DNA of 64,000 nucleotides, taken from positions 96,001 through 160,000 of IMG/VR virus record IMGVR_UViG_3300037067_027643; one strand, 5' to 3'. Positions within the stretch are counted from its first letter, which is position 1; every line of letters starts with the position of its first letter. Positions 47,117 to 56,572 of the stretch are shown in pieces. A model generated the notes under the pieces. That model was given only the letters and a program-made list of their open reading frames with translations. It was not told where the DNA came from and made no database searches. Origin of the DNA: a virus. Lineage: Duplodnaviria; Caudoviricetes. Made by a program: the position numbers and the translations under genes.

Positions 47117-47299
47117 TTATAATTTATTTAAGTTCCCATCGTATAAACTTCCAGTTGAGTAACTAGCACTTACCATTCCTCCATCAACATAATTATTAGT
47201 TGGAAAGTTTTGATATGGAAAATACCAATAAGGATACGATGGAGCAATACTAGCGGAAACCATTGGTTCGTAAAGATAATATGATGCTATTGTTGTCAT
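47117..47299 (-). CDS. small structural peptide (60 aa)
   Basis: VSAS repeats, DGG motif; fills operon gap. Confidence 0.5.
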   Translation of the reverse strand: MTTIASYYLYEPMVSASIAPSYPYWYFPYQNFPTNNYVDGGMVSASYSTGSLYDGNLNKL

Positions 47300-47304
47300 A
47301 ATTT

Positions 47305-48183
47305 TTAATTAAATAATAACATACTATTTATACCACCATCTAATAAATCATCAGATCCAGTTGGAATTAAAGGAGCTTCTACATTTTTTATAAAATCAGA
47401 ATAATGTGAACTTGGACAAGCTATTGTTAACAATCCAAATTCATAAAATACATTTCCAATAATATAATTATAACTTCCACTTAATTCATTTTGTGCTAAT
47501 ATCATTATTGAACCGCTATCAATAGCACTATTACATATCTTTACTTCATCGATAGTACCTTTAAAACCTTGTTTACTTGAGCCTAACATTCCTATAAAAG
47601 TATCTGATAATGTCTGTGTATCTCCAAGTGATCCGGTTATATTAATTGGTATATCACTATAATCAGAACCACTACTTACTAAAGAACCATCTAAATATAT
47701 TTCTAACTGACTCCCTGTTTTCTGACATACTACATGATAAGTAATTGGTTTTTGAAGTAAAAAACTCGTTGATATTTCTGGTTTAATATTTCCATCGTTT
47801 CTTGAAAAATGTACACTTCCAAATTCATTATTGCTTCCACTTCTTTCTATTTCTATTGCAAACGGATAAGGTCCTGTATATACTCTATCTCTAAATGTAG
47901 TTCTATTATTACTGTATATAGTATCTTTAATTAATCCGTTTTTAGTTATAATAGTTTGGGTATCATTATTTGTTAAAGTTGTATAATAGTTGCTATTTAA
48001 GTTATAAGATAATACATTTGATCCAAAGGTCGAACTACCATAATTAATACTACCTGTTTTAATACCAACAATAGAAAATGAAGATGTTCCCATATATTTA
48101 TAAAGAGTATTTGTAATTACAGAAGAAGATATAGAAGCACTTCCATCAGTATCAAGTAATATGTTTAATTCCGGTATTATCAT
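47305..48183 (-). CDS. LamG-like jelly-roll structural protein (middle piece of a split gene)
   Basis: YHVVCQKTGSQLEIYLDG, FIG, FKGTIDEVKICN; IGNVFYEFGLLTI. Confidence 0.7.
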   Translation of the reverse strand: MIIPELNILLDTDGSASISSSVITNTLYKYMGTSSFSIVGIKTGSINYGSSTFGSNVLSYNLNSNYYTTLTNNDTQTIITKNGLIKDTIYSNNRTTFRDRVYTGPYPFAIEIERSGSNNEFGSVHFSRNDGNIKPEISTSFLLQKPITYHVVCQKTGSQLEIYLDGSLVSSGSDYSDIPINITGSLGDTQTLSDTFIGMLGSSKQGFKGTIDEVKICNSAIDSGSIMILAQNELSGSYNYIIGNVFYEFGLLTIACPSSHYSDFIKNVEAPLIPTGSDDLLDGGINSMLLFN

Positions 48184-48187
48184 TTTT

Positions 48188-49465
48188 CTAATCTAATTGA
48201 ATCATTGTACTAATTGCAAAATCTTCGTCTCTTTTAAAGTTGTATAAATTCTTATCTCTGTCATTCGGAATTCTAATATTACTATCAGGCAACATCATCT
48301 GTATATCAACTGGTTGTTCTATTATATTACCAAATTCATCTTGTACTAAAACAGTAATAGTATCTACAGTAACAGATCCAGTATGTCCAAATACTCCTCT
48401 TGTACTATATAATCCATCACTAAATTCTACATTACTAATTATTCCATGGTTTTTATTAACCGTAGCATCTCTTGTTGTAAAATTATTACTAATTATTACA
48501 TCTTTCTTTCTATATCCGTTTCTAAAATTCCATTCTCCTTCTTTTAAAGGATCTATTATTTGTTTAGTAGCATAACTGGATTGACTAAAAATAGTATCAA
48601 TTAAATTACCATGTGAGTCATCTACTATTTTATGAGTAACAAGCTTTTGAAGAGAAACATAATTATATATAATAGTATTAGCTAACGGATTCATATAACT
48701 AATAATTATATATGTATCAATATTAGCTGTCAATGTAATTTTACTTTCCATCGGAGCATTTAAACTAGTTATATTTAAATTATAAGTTGTATCTTGACTT
48801 CCACTTTGAAAAACTTCTACACTAACAAATCTAATATCAGGATCAGTTATGTTATTAAAATTAATTGTTAATAAATAATCTCCTCCATCTATTGAACTAG
48901 ATGGAATTAACTGATATAAATCGCTACTTAATAAAGTTCCATCATTTATTATTGTCAATTGTTTATCACTTATAGAAGCAGTAGTATCTAAATTAGTATA
49001 CCAAACAGAAGCGGTTGGAATAGTAAATGGGTCACTAATATTAGGAACAGTATTATTATATTCAAAAGCACTATTAGCTAATACGTGATATTCTGGAAAA
49101 TCAATATCCATGTCAACAGTTCCTTTTTTAATTCCTTCTCCGAATAACTTTTGAGGAATACTAATTACTCTAACATGTTCATATAATATTCTTTCTTGAA
49201 TTAGATCATATTGTCCAGCTGTTGATGTTGGATTATCAGCAAATTCTCCAATAAACATACTGTTTAATAATTGATGTACAAAAATAGGATATTGATTGTT
49301 ATCTTGTTGTAATGTATTTATATTAAGTGTACGAAATGATCCATTAAAATATTGTCCATAATAAGTTTGTACACTACTGGTATCACTGCTATTTATTTCA
49401 TAATATTTATGTGCTACAAATGGAGTAACTGAAATGTCATTTGGACGTAATTGTTTGAATATCAT
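48188..49465 (-). CDS. baseplate-like structural protein (N-terminal piece of a split gene)
   Basis: VISIPQKLFGEGIKKGT, DDSHGNLID, ends at first LamG strand DFAIST. Confidence 0.6.
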   Translation of the reverse strand: MIFKQLRPNDISVTPFVAHKYYEINSSDTSSVQTYYGQYFNGSFRTLNINTLQQDNNQYPIFVHQLLNSMFIGEFADNPTSTAGQYDLIQERILYEHVRVISIPQKLFGEGIKKGTVDMDIDFPEYHVLANSAFEYNNTVPNISDPFTIPTASVWYTNLDTTASISDKQLTIINDGTLLSSDLYQLIPSSSIDGGDYLLTINFNNITDPDIRFVSVEVFQSGSQDTTYNLNITSLNAPMESKITLTANIDTYIIISYMNPLANTIIYNYVSLQKLVTHKIVDDSHGNLIDTIFSQSSYATKQIIDPLKEGEWNFRNGYRKKDVIISNNFTTRDATVNKNHGIISNVEFSDGLYSTRGVFGHTGSVTVDTITVLVQDEFGNIIEQPVDIQMMLPDSNIRIPNDRDKNLYNFKRDEDFAISTMIQLD

Positions 49466-49498
49466 TATGTAATATGTAACTCATTAATAATCAATAAA

Positions 49499-50719
49499 TT
49501 AAAAATTCAAACAAACGCGAATCAGACTCTCGCGTTCAAATGTCTTTAACAACGGTTTACTCAACTTAGCAATAGCAAGTAATTCGTTAGCATCATTATA
49601 AAGACCAACACTTGTAACATAAGTGCTCGGATTGTTAATCATACTACTATGTCTAAAATCACCTAAACTACCAGTTGTAAACGATGGATTATTACTAAAA
49701 TTAAAATCATTATGTTTAACTCTAATAAAATAATATGTAGAAGTAACCTCTTGACTATTTCTAGCTTTAAAAAATCCAGCAGCATTTGTCATCCATCCTT
49801 TAAATAAATTGGTATTGGTATTATAATATAAAGGACTTGATTGACATGGTAAAGCGGTATCTAAATAACTATAAAATGAACCACTAGCATTAAATAATAA
49901 CATTCCAAGATCTGGATAAGCAATACCCATCACTACTTTATTATTATTTCCATCCAAATAAGGTCCGTTTACAATACTTCCACTAACAACAGCATATATT
50001 CTTCCACCATCTCCATAGGTACCTGTAACTGTTTCATTTCCAGCATCATCTATCATTGTAACAGATGTACTTCCACTAACAATATTTAATTCCCAGTTAC
50101 CTGGATCTAATTTTTCTTTAAGTCTATTTCTGCTAAAATTAACAAAATAAAAACTATTCATATTCTGTCCGTTCTGCATAGTAAACTGTTCTGTACCTGG
50201 AGGAAGTAATAAATTTCTATACTGACTATACATAGCAGCTGTAGGTGATACAGAAGAACTTACATAAGTTAATGTTCTAGATAAATCAGTACTTGGTGTT
50301 AGACTTGTACCTAATCCGTATCTATCAGCATATCCTATAGCATATTGAGTTGTAGCACTTGAACTAATAGCAGGATCACTACAATATATATCTAAATAAT
50401 ATTCACAACTAGCAGAATATTGTGGAATACTGATATACATACTACTACCGCTTAATGCGCTTTCACCGTTACTCCAAATAGTTTCTGTAACTTTCTGTTT
50501 AACATTACTAATCACATCATCTGTTTGATTAATAGGTTCAAATACTTTACCACTTCCACCACCTATTGCTTTACTTAATGTTCCTATATTAGTAGAAGAG
50601 GTACTAGTTACATTAGTAGTTTTTGTATTAAGTTTATTAAAATCTACGGATGTTTGTTGAGTAGTTGTTGCTACAGATGGTGATAATGTTGAATCTGTAT
50701 TTATTACTTGTTTTGCCAT
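49499..50719 (-). CDS. baseplate/tail structural protein
   Basis: RNRLKEKLDPGNWEL, FNFSNNPSF, TYVTSVGLYNDANELLAIAKLSKP. Confidence 0.65.
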   Translation of the reverse strand: MAKQVINTDSTLSPSVATTTQQTSVDFNKLNTKTTNVTSTSSTNIGTLSKAIGGGSGKVFEPINQTDDVISNVKQKVTETIWSNGESALSGSSMYISIPQYSASCEYYLDIYCSDPAISSSATTQYAIGYADRYGLGTSLTPSTDLSRTLTYVSSSVSPTAAMYSQYRNLLLPPGTEQFTMQNGQNMNSFYFVNFSRNRLKEKLDPGNWELNIVSGSTSVTMIDDAGNETVTGTYGDGGRIYAVVSGSIVNGPYLDGNNNKVVMGIAYPDLGMLLFNASGSFYSYLDTALPCQSSPLYYNTNTNLFKGWMTNAAGFFKARNSQEVTSTYYFIRVKHNDFNFSNNPSFTTGSLGDFRHSSMINNPSTYVTSVGLYNDANELLAIAKLSKPLLKTFERESLIRVCLNF

Positions 50720-50752
50720 GTTTATATTCTCTTTTATAAATATTTAAAATTG

Positions 50753-51451
50753 TTATATAATACCACTATCAGTTAAACTATTATTATCCGATACATCTGG
50801 AATAGTAATTACTTCTTGTTTTTTAACTGTAATACTAATAGTAACTCTACCGCCAGTTTCATTTCCAATAATAGTTAATGTTGCACTCTTATCTGATAAT
50901 GGTTGTCCCTTTGCTGTTATCTTAAATTGGAACCCTATTGCAGTAATTGATTCAGTATTTCCATCTGTAACAAATTCTGGAAAAGTTGGCAATCCGTTAA
51001 AATTAACCTGTGTTCCAACTGGTTCTAACATTGCTACAGTTGAATCACTTAATATTGCTGTATATCCAAACGTACTATTACCATTTTGATAATTTATAGT
51101 TTGTGGACTAACGGTTTGACTTTGACCATTTGTTGTAAATGTTAAAGTAGTTGCACCTGCTACTGACAATACTGGAATTCTATTAGTACTTTTCTTCAAT
51201 GATACTAACTTATATTTCATTGATTGGTTTTCATCGGGACTCGCTTCTATGATTGGCATATTTTCTATAGCCTCTCCGTAGTAGTCTGAACCAAGTGGAT
51301 GATTGGGATTCCATAGTCTGTAGTCGCATTCGTCATCTGCCAGCGCAAACATACTGATTTTAAAAGCTCCTTGGCCTTTCGCTAGAATGGAACGGCCTTT
51401 GGCTGTAAGGATTGCGTCGCAAATGATTGATTGATTATTTAAAAATGACAT
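50753..51451 (-). CDS. baseplate/tail structural protein
   Basis: DAILTAKGR..LA, FALADDE.DY, YKLVSL, GNETG. Confidence 0.6.
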   Translation of the reverse strand: MSFLNNQSIICDAILTAKGRSILAKGQGAFKISMFALADDECDYRLWNPNHPLGSDYYGEAIENMPIIEASPDENQSMKYKLVSLKKSTNRIPVLSVAGATTLTFTTNGQSQTVSPQTINYQNGNSTFGYTAILSDSTVAMLEPVGTQVNFNGLPTFPEFVTDGNTESITAIGFQFKITAKGQPLSDKSATLTIIGNETGGRVTISITVKKQEVITIPDVSDNNSLTDSGII

Positions 51452-51472
51452 CGTATAATCTCCTATATTTTA

Positions 51473-51802
51473 TTATTTATTATTTATTATTTCTCTTATT
51501 TTGTTTTCTATTAATTGTTCTAATTTATTTAAATTGTTATTATTTTCCTTTATAACAATAAAATCTGTTAACGATTGATTTAATAAATCATTAATCTTAT
51601 TATCACTATAATTAGTAATATTTTTTATTTTTGTTTTTATATCATTTTTATTTCCTTCAAATTGCACTCTTCCATTTCTATATAGTACATACCAATCACC
51701 TTTACCAGCTCTTAATTTAAGACTGTTCATCTCACTTGATGATTTAAGTGGTTGTTCAGATAATTGTTTTTGATTTGAAGATTTCATTAAAAAATGATAC
51801 AT
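51473..51802 (-). CDS. putative internal head protein (C-terminal leader-like motif)
   Basis: LNKLEQLIENKIREII at C-term; late promoter at 51817. Confidence 0.5.
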   Translation of the reverse strand: MYHFLMKSSNQKQLSEQPLKSSSEMNSLKLRAGKGDWYVLYRNGRVQFEGNKNDIKTKIKNITNYSDNKINDLLNQSLTDFIVIKENNNNLNKLEQLIENKIREIINNK

Positions 51803-51816
51803 TATATTTATTATAT

Positions 51817-51826
51817 TATAAATAGT
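51817..51826 (-). promoter_or_regulatory. putative late promoter (ACTATTTATA)
   Basis: Recurrent motif. Confidence 0.65.
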
Positions 51827-51847
51827 TAAAAAATAATTTAAAATAAA

Positions 51848-51879
51848 TTTGGTAGTCTGATTTATTTGTTGTATATTTG
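51848..51879 (+). promoter_or_regulatory. Bacteroidota primary-sigma type early promoter
   Basis: TTTG-N20-TATATTTG. Confidence 0.8.
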
Positions 51880-51908
51880 TAGTGTTAAATTAATTAAAAA
51901 TAAACAAT

Positions 51909-52391
51909 ATGAAAACAGTAAAATTAACAAAACGTACACAAGAATTAATTTCTAATGGAATGAGTGCTTTAGGATTTAATAATCCAAACGATGTATATTA
52001 TTATATTGAAGAAGAATTATATTGTAAAGAAGCTAAATTAATTCAAGAATTTTTACAATGGTTATTTAAAATTAATAGACCTTACGGTAGAGTAAATGCA
52101 CAACAAAGATGGAATGAATTCATTTCTGGAGAAAAAGCTCCTGAACATTATTTTTTATTAAAATATGAATTTGATTATGATGTAAAATGTACTAATGGAA
52201 TTTTTCATAATACATCTAAACAAGTAGAAAGAATTACTAATCCAAACGATATTAATGAAGTTGCAAATATTATGAAAAATTTCAATTTTGTTAACAATGA
52301 ATATAGAATTAAAACTGTTAATGAAAATGGAGAATTAATTAAAGAATATACTCATAATGAAATTAAAACTACGGTAGATAAATTAAAATAA
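51909..52391 (+). CDS. early hypothetical protein
   Basis: Follows host-type promoter, A-rich SD-less start. Confidence 0.65.
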   Translation: MKTVKLTKRTQELISNGMSALGFNNPNDVYYYIEEELYCKEAKLIQEFLQWLFKINRPYGRVNAQQRWNEFISGEKAPEHYFLLKYEFDYDVKCTNGIFHNTSKQVERITNPNDINEVANIMKNFNFVNNEYRIKTVNENGELIKEYTHNEIKTTVDKLK

Positions 52392-52392
52392 A

Positions 52393-52424
52393 TTTGTTTA
52401 TCTCAAAAATTATAATTATCTTTG
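52393..52424 (+). promoter_or_regulatory. Bacteroidota primary-sigma type early promoter
   Basis: TTTG-N20-TATCTTTG. Confidence 0.8.
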
Positions 52425-52459
52425 TACTGTTAAATTAAAAAACTAAAAATATATAAAAC

Positions 52460-52771
52460 ATGGAAACAACAACTATTAAAAAGAAAATAACTTTAGCTAC
52501 ATTAAAAAGTTTTGTTAAGAAAAATAAAGAAAATCTATTTATTAATGTGACATCAGAATTCGATGGAATGGTAGATGGAATTTCTTATTGTAATGATGGT
52601 TTTCAAAAAGCTAAATTAACAGAAGATAATATCAAAAATACTTTAGGAATTCAAGGAGCTTGGCTCGTTGGAGGTAGTAGAAATTATTTTGATAGTTATG
52701 AAGACGATAATTATATTGGCTACAATGTATATAATTGCTGTGGAGCGTTTTATTTGGTAATTAAAAAATAA
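52460..52771 (+). CDS. early hypothetical protein
   Basis: KITLATLKSF, FDGMVDG, NTLGIQGAWLVGGSR, VYNCCG. Confidence 0.65.
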   Translation: METTTIKKKITLATLKSFVKKNKENLFINVTSEFDGMVDGISYCNDGFQKAKLTEDNIKNTLGIQGAWLVGGSRNYFDSYEDDNYIGYNVYNCCGAFYLVIKK

Positions 52772-52781
52772 AAAATATAAT

Positions 52782-53048
52782 ATGAAAACAATTAAAAGTT
52801 TAATTTTAGAAAGAATTAACAAAATAAAAACAGAAGAAAATAATTTTAAATCTATATATTGGAACAATAATTATGTTTCTTATTTTGAATTTAACTCTGA
52901 TATAACAAAACATATTTCAGAAGTAATTTTTGAAAATTTAAATGATGATGATTTAGTTAGATTATTTGAATACATACTTTTGTGTCGAGCTGATATTGTA
53001 ACCAATAGAGTAAATCAAACATATTTTAATTATAAATCATCAAAATAA
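52782..53048 (+). CDS. hypothetical protein
   Basis: ORF in early operon. Confidence 0.55.
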   Translation: MKTIKSLILERINKIKTEENNFKSIYWNNNYVSYFEFNSDITKHISEVIFENLNDDDLVRLFEYILLCRADIVTNRVNQTYFNYKSSK

Positions 53049-53056
53049 ATATAATA

Positions 53057-53284
53057 ATGGAAAAAAGAGTTTGTAATGAAGATTGTAATAATTGTCCAAT
53101 AGTAGGACATCCAAATTCAAGAATGATAACCAAAGTTTTAAATGAACTATTAGATAAATTTGGTGAAGATGTATATGAAGTAGTTCAAAATAATTGTCCT
53201 AATTTAACAGTTTGTTATGACTGTAGAATTGATGATTTTTGTCACATTGAAGGATGTGAATTAATTAATGATAATAAAGAATAA
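53057..53284 (+). CDS. small Cys-rich metal-binding protein
   Basis: CNEDCNNCP ... NCP..VCYDCRIDDFCH..GC. Confidence 0.6.
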   Translation: MEKRVCNEDCNNCPIVGHPNSRMITKVLNELLDKFGEDVYEVVQNNCPNLTVCYDCRIDDFCHIEGCELINDNKE

Positions 53285-53702
53285 TATGGAAAACGATAAT
53301 TGGATAAACTATGCAGAACTTGATTTTAATGATATTACTAGTAAACAATATCACATAGATACAAGAGATTTTTATTCTTTGATAAATAAAAAACCAACAG
53401 AACATGATTTACATTTGGATAAAATTAAAAATTATCCAGATAAATTCTTTTATACTCCAGAAGAAATTGTAGAAATCCTAAATAAATTATATAATGAAAG
53501 TAGTGGTAAAAATGAATGGAGAATGTTGATGTTAGATGGAGAAGGAGAAAAACTTACATCTAATTGGAAATTTAAGTATATCAGAATTTATAGAACAGAA
53601 TTTGGTTTGATTATCTGTAATAGTGATAATATAGCAATGAAAAAATCAGAAGTGAATTCTAAAGTAAATCAAACATATTTACATGCACATTCAACAAATT
53701 AA
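53268..53702 (+). CDS. hypothetical protein
   Basis: ORF in early operon. Confidence 0.55.
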   Translation: MIIKNNMENDNWINYAELDFNDITSKQYHIDTRDFYSLINKKPTEHDLHLDKIKNYPDKFFYTPEEIVEILNKLYNESSGKNEWRMLMLDGEGEKLTSNWKFKYIRIYRTEFGLIICNSDNIAMKKSEVNSKVNQTYLHAHSTN

Positions 53703-53703
53703 T

Positions 53704-54231
53704 ATGGAAAAAGAAAATTTAATTGAAATAGCCAAAGAATACGCAATATTTTGCCACACTTCGACTAATCATTTTTATGATATTGATAAACCTTATGATG
53801 TACATTTACAATTAACATTTGAATATGGGTTAAAGTTTGATTATTTACTCGAAGAAAATGAATGGGTATATACTTTAGCTGCTTGTTGGTGTCATGATTT
53901 GATAGAAGACACTAGAAGGACATATAATGATGTAAAAAATAAAACCAACAAAATTGTTGCAGATATAGTGTATGCAGTTACAAATGAAAAAGGAAAGAAT
54001 AGAAAAGAACGAGCAAATGATAAATATTATACAGGAATTAAAAATACTCCATTAGCTACTTTTGTAAAGTGTTGTGATCGATTAGCAAATATTAAATATT
54101 CTGTTGATAACGATAGTAAAATGTTGGATGTTTATAAAAAAGAAAACAACCATTTTAAAGCGATGTTGTATATAGAACAACTAAAACCAATGTTCGAAGA
54201 AATGGATAAATTATTAAACAATCAAAAATAA
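53704..54231 (+). CDS. HD-domain hydrolase, RelA/SpoT-hydrolase (Mesh1/SAH)-like
   Basis: H...PY..HL, AA.WCHDLIEDT, V.AVT, VKCCDRLAN. Confidence 0.8.
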   Translation: MEKENLIEIAKEYAIFCHTSTNHFYDIDKPYDVHLQLTFEYGLKFDYLLEENEWVYTLAACWCHDLIEDTRRTYNDVKNKTNKIVADIVYAVTNEKGKNRKERANDKYYTGIKNTPLATFVKCCDRLANIKYSVDNDSKMLDVYKKENNHFKAMLYIEQLKPMFEEMDKLLNNQK

Positions 54232-54237
54232 CTCAAT

Positions 54238-54852
54238 ATGTCACTATTCAGTAAAATTTCAAAAAATAGAGAAGAATTAAATCGTTTAGAAACAAAACTA
54301 AAAGAATACGATTCTCAAATCGACAAATATATAGAGTCTCAAAAGAAATGGGATTCAAATTATAAATTAACATTAAAAGAAAAATACATTTTTACTCTTT
54401 TTATAATGTTTAATTGGTACAAAATAGATTCATCTGTATTATATGGTATCGATTTAAAAAGAGTAGAAAATACAGAAAATTCTTATAGTACAGGTAATAT
54501 TGATCGATTACATCAACGAAATGATTCAATGTACGAACGTTATTATGGTTCTACTAGTTTATTTATAACCAATAACATAAAAGAAATTTTTATATATTTA
54601 TTAAAACATAATAGTCATTTATTTTGGAAACAAGAAGTAAACGAAGGTCATACTGTTTTATCTTGTGTAGATTGGTGTAAAAATGCTATTGATACATATA
54701 CAACAGAACAAATGTACGATTTATTAAGTTTGAAATATGATATTTATTCAAATGAATCTATTTTGTTTGATGAAGAATATGTTGTATTTATTAGTAAAGA
54801 TAAAATTTATGATAAATATGATAATATTATAAAAATTGATTTAAACAATTAA
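54238..54852 (+). CDS. hypothetical protein
   Basis: ORF in early operon. Confidence 0.55.
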   Translation: MSLFSKISKNREELNRLETKLKEYDSQIDKYIESQKKWDSNYKLTLKEKYIFTLFIMFNWYKIDSSVLYGIDLKRVENTENSYSTGNIDRLHQRNDSMYERYYGSTSLFITNNIKEIFIYLLKHNSHLFWKQEVNEGHTVLSCVDWCKNAIDTYTTEQMYDLLSLKYDIYSNESILFDEEYVVFISKDKIYDKYDNIIKIDLNN

Positions 54853-54993
54853 TAAAAATGATACAAGATTTAAATTTAGAAATAGATAAAATTATAAATA
54901 ATAAAGATAATAGTAATAGAATTGATAATACTATTATAATAAAAGAATCTAATTATTCAAATTCTGAATTATTTGATATAGATAATGAATTAA

Positions 54994-55263
54994 TTGAAAG
55001 AAAATATAACCCAATTGTTATGTACGGAATATAAATTTAAAAATAAATATATTATGAAACCAAAATTCAAATACGATTACGATATATTAGCATCATTTAA
55101 TATATTAATATTTTTAACCGGATTAGTATTTATTATTTTAAAGTTATTTAATTATATAACATGGAGTTGGTGGTGGGTAACTTGTCCATTTTGGGGAGGT
55201 ATAATATTTATTATTGCTATTATCATATTAATAGTTATATTTTTAAAACAAGAATTAGGATAA
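54994..55263 (+). CDS. small membrane protein
   Basis: LVFIILKL..ITWSWWWV..P.W motif, two TM helices; true start may be downstream. Confidence 0.6.
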   Translation: MKENITQLLCTEYKFKNKYIMKPKFKYDYDILASFNILIFLTGLVFIILKLFNYITWSWWWVTCPFWGGIIFIIAIIILIVIFLKQELG

Positions 55264-55287
55264 AGTATAATATAAAAATCAAAAAAT

Positions 55288-56166
55288 ATGAAAACCTATT
55301 GCTTAAATTTAGACAAAACATTTGATCCGTGTATAGATTGTGGATATTATTATAATATTGAATACGAAATGATTCAATTTAGTGGAGGAGAATTACATAT
55401 CAAACTAAAAAATGAATTTTTTAACTTAGCTAATAATTTTTCGGATATAGAAACTGTTACTATTACTCAACGAATTAGAAATAGTGATGATCTAATGAAA
55501 ATTTTAATAGCTAAAGACGCATTAGAGCGAAAAGGAATAAAACATTTTAATTTAGTTATACCATATATTCCCTACGCTAGACAGGATCGACAATGTAATG
55601 AAGGAGAATCATTTACATTAAAAGTATTTACAAATATAATTAATTCAGCAAATTTTGAAGAAGTTATTGTTTTAGATGCTCATAGTGATGTTGCCCCAGC
55701 TTTATTAAATAATTGTACTAATATATTAAATACAAGATATGTTGAAGAAGCAATAACAGATATTAATTCTACAGCTGGATTATTATTGATTAGTCCTGAT
55801 AGCGGAGCAAATAAAAAAATAAATAAATTATTTGATAACTTAAAATGTTTTGATAGAATTATTAATTGTGATAAAAAACGTGATTTAACAACTGGTAAAT
55901 TAAGTGGATTTAAAGTATTTGCTACAGATTTAAGCAAACGAGATTGTATTATTGTGGATGATATTTGTGATGAAGGAAGAACATTTATTGGAATTGCGGA
56001 AGAATTAAAAAAATTAAATACTGGAAACATTTATTTATTTGTGACTCATGGTATATTTAGTAATGGTTTTGATGAATTAAGTAAATATTTTACAAAAATA
56101 TATTGTACCAATTCGTTTAAAGATATTGATGATCCAATAGTTACTCAATTTAAAATTCAATTATAA
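55288..56166 (+). CDS. ribose-phosphate pyrophosphokinase-like protein (candidate NARP1 Adps)
   Basis: FSGGELHI, PYIPYARQDR, DAHS, SPDSGA, IVDDICDEGRTF, VTHGIFS. Confidence 0.88.
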   Translation: MKTYCLNLDKTFDPCIDCGYYYNIEYEMIQFSGGELHIKLKNEFFNLANNFSDIETVTITQRIRNSDDLMKILIAKDALERKGIKHFNLVIPYIPYARQDRQCNEGESFTLKVFTNIINSANFEEVIVLDAHSDVAPALLNNCTNILNTRYVEEAITDINSTAGLLLISPDSGANKKINKLFDNLKCFDRIINCDKKRDLTTGKLSGFKVFATDLSKRDCIIVDDICDEGRTFIGIAEELKKLNTGNIYLFVTHGIFSNGFDELSKYFTKIYCTNSFKDIDDPIVTQFKIQL

Positions 56167-56170
56167 AGAT

Positions 56171-56572
56171 ATGGAAGACAGATATCTAGATTTTAATGAA
56201 AATGTAAATCGATTAATTAACGATTATAAAAAACATGGTAACTTATTTATTGCGTTTGACTTTGATAATACAGTTTTTGATTATTTTAATGTAGGAGATA
56301 TATATCCAAAAATAGAATCAATACTAAGATATTTGAAACAGAATAATTTCGATCTAATATTATTTACAGGAAATGAAGGAAATAAATTACAAGAAATAAT
56401 CAAGTATTGTAGAGATCATGGTTATAAACCAACGTATATAAATGAAAACCCAATTATGAAGACAAGAAAACCATATTATAATCTTTTATTAGATGATAGA
56501 GCTGGTTTAAAAGAAGCTTACGAAATTTTATTATTAACCCTTAAACAATTAAATTATGATTACAAGTATTAA
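56171..56572 (+). CDS. small HAD-superfamily hydrolase
   Basis: AFDFDNT (DxD), LFTG, K..Y..LLDDRA. Confidence 0.75.
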   Translation: MEDRYLDFNENVNRLINDYKKHGNLFIAFDFDNTVFDYFNVGDIYPKIESILRYLKQNNFDLILFTGNEGNKLQEIIKYCRDHGYKPTYINENPIMKTRKPYYNLLLDDRAGLKEAYEILLLTLKQLNYDYKY

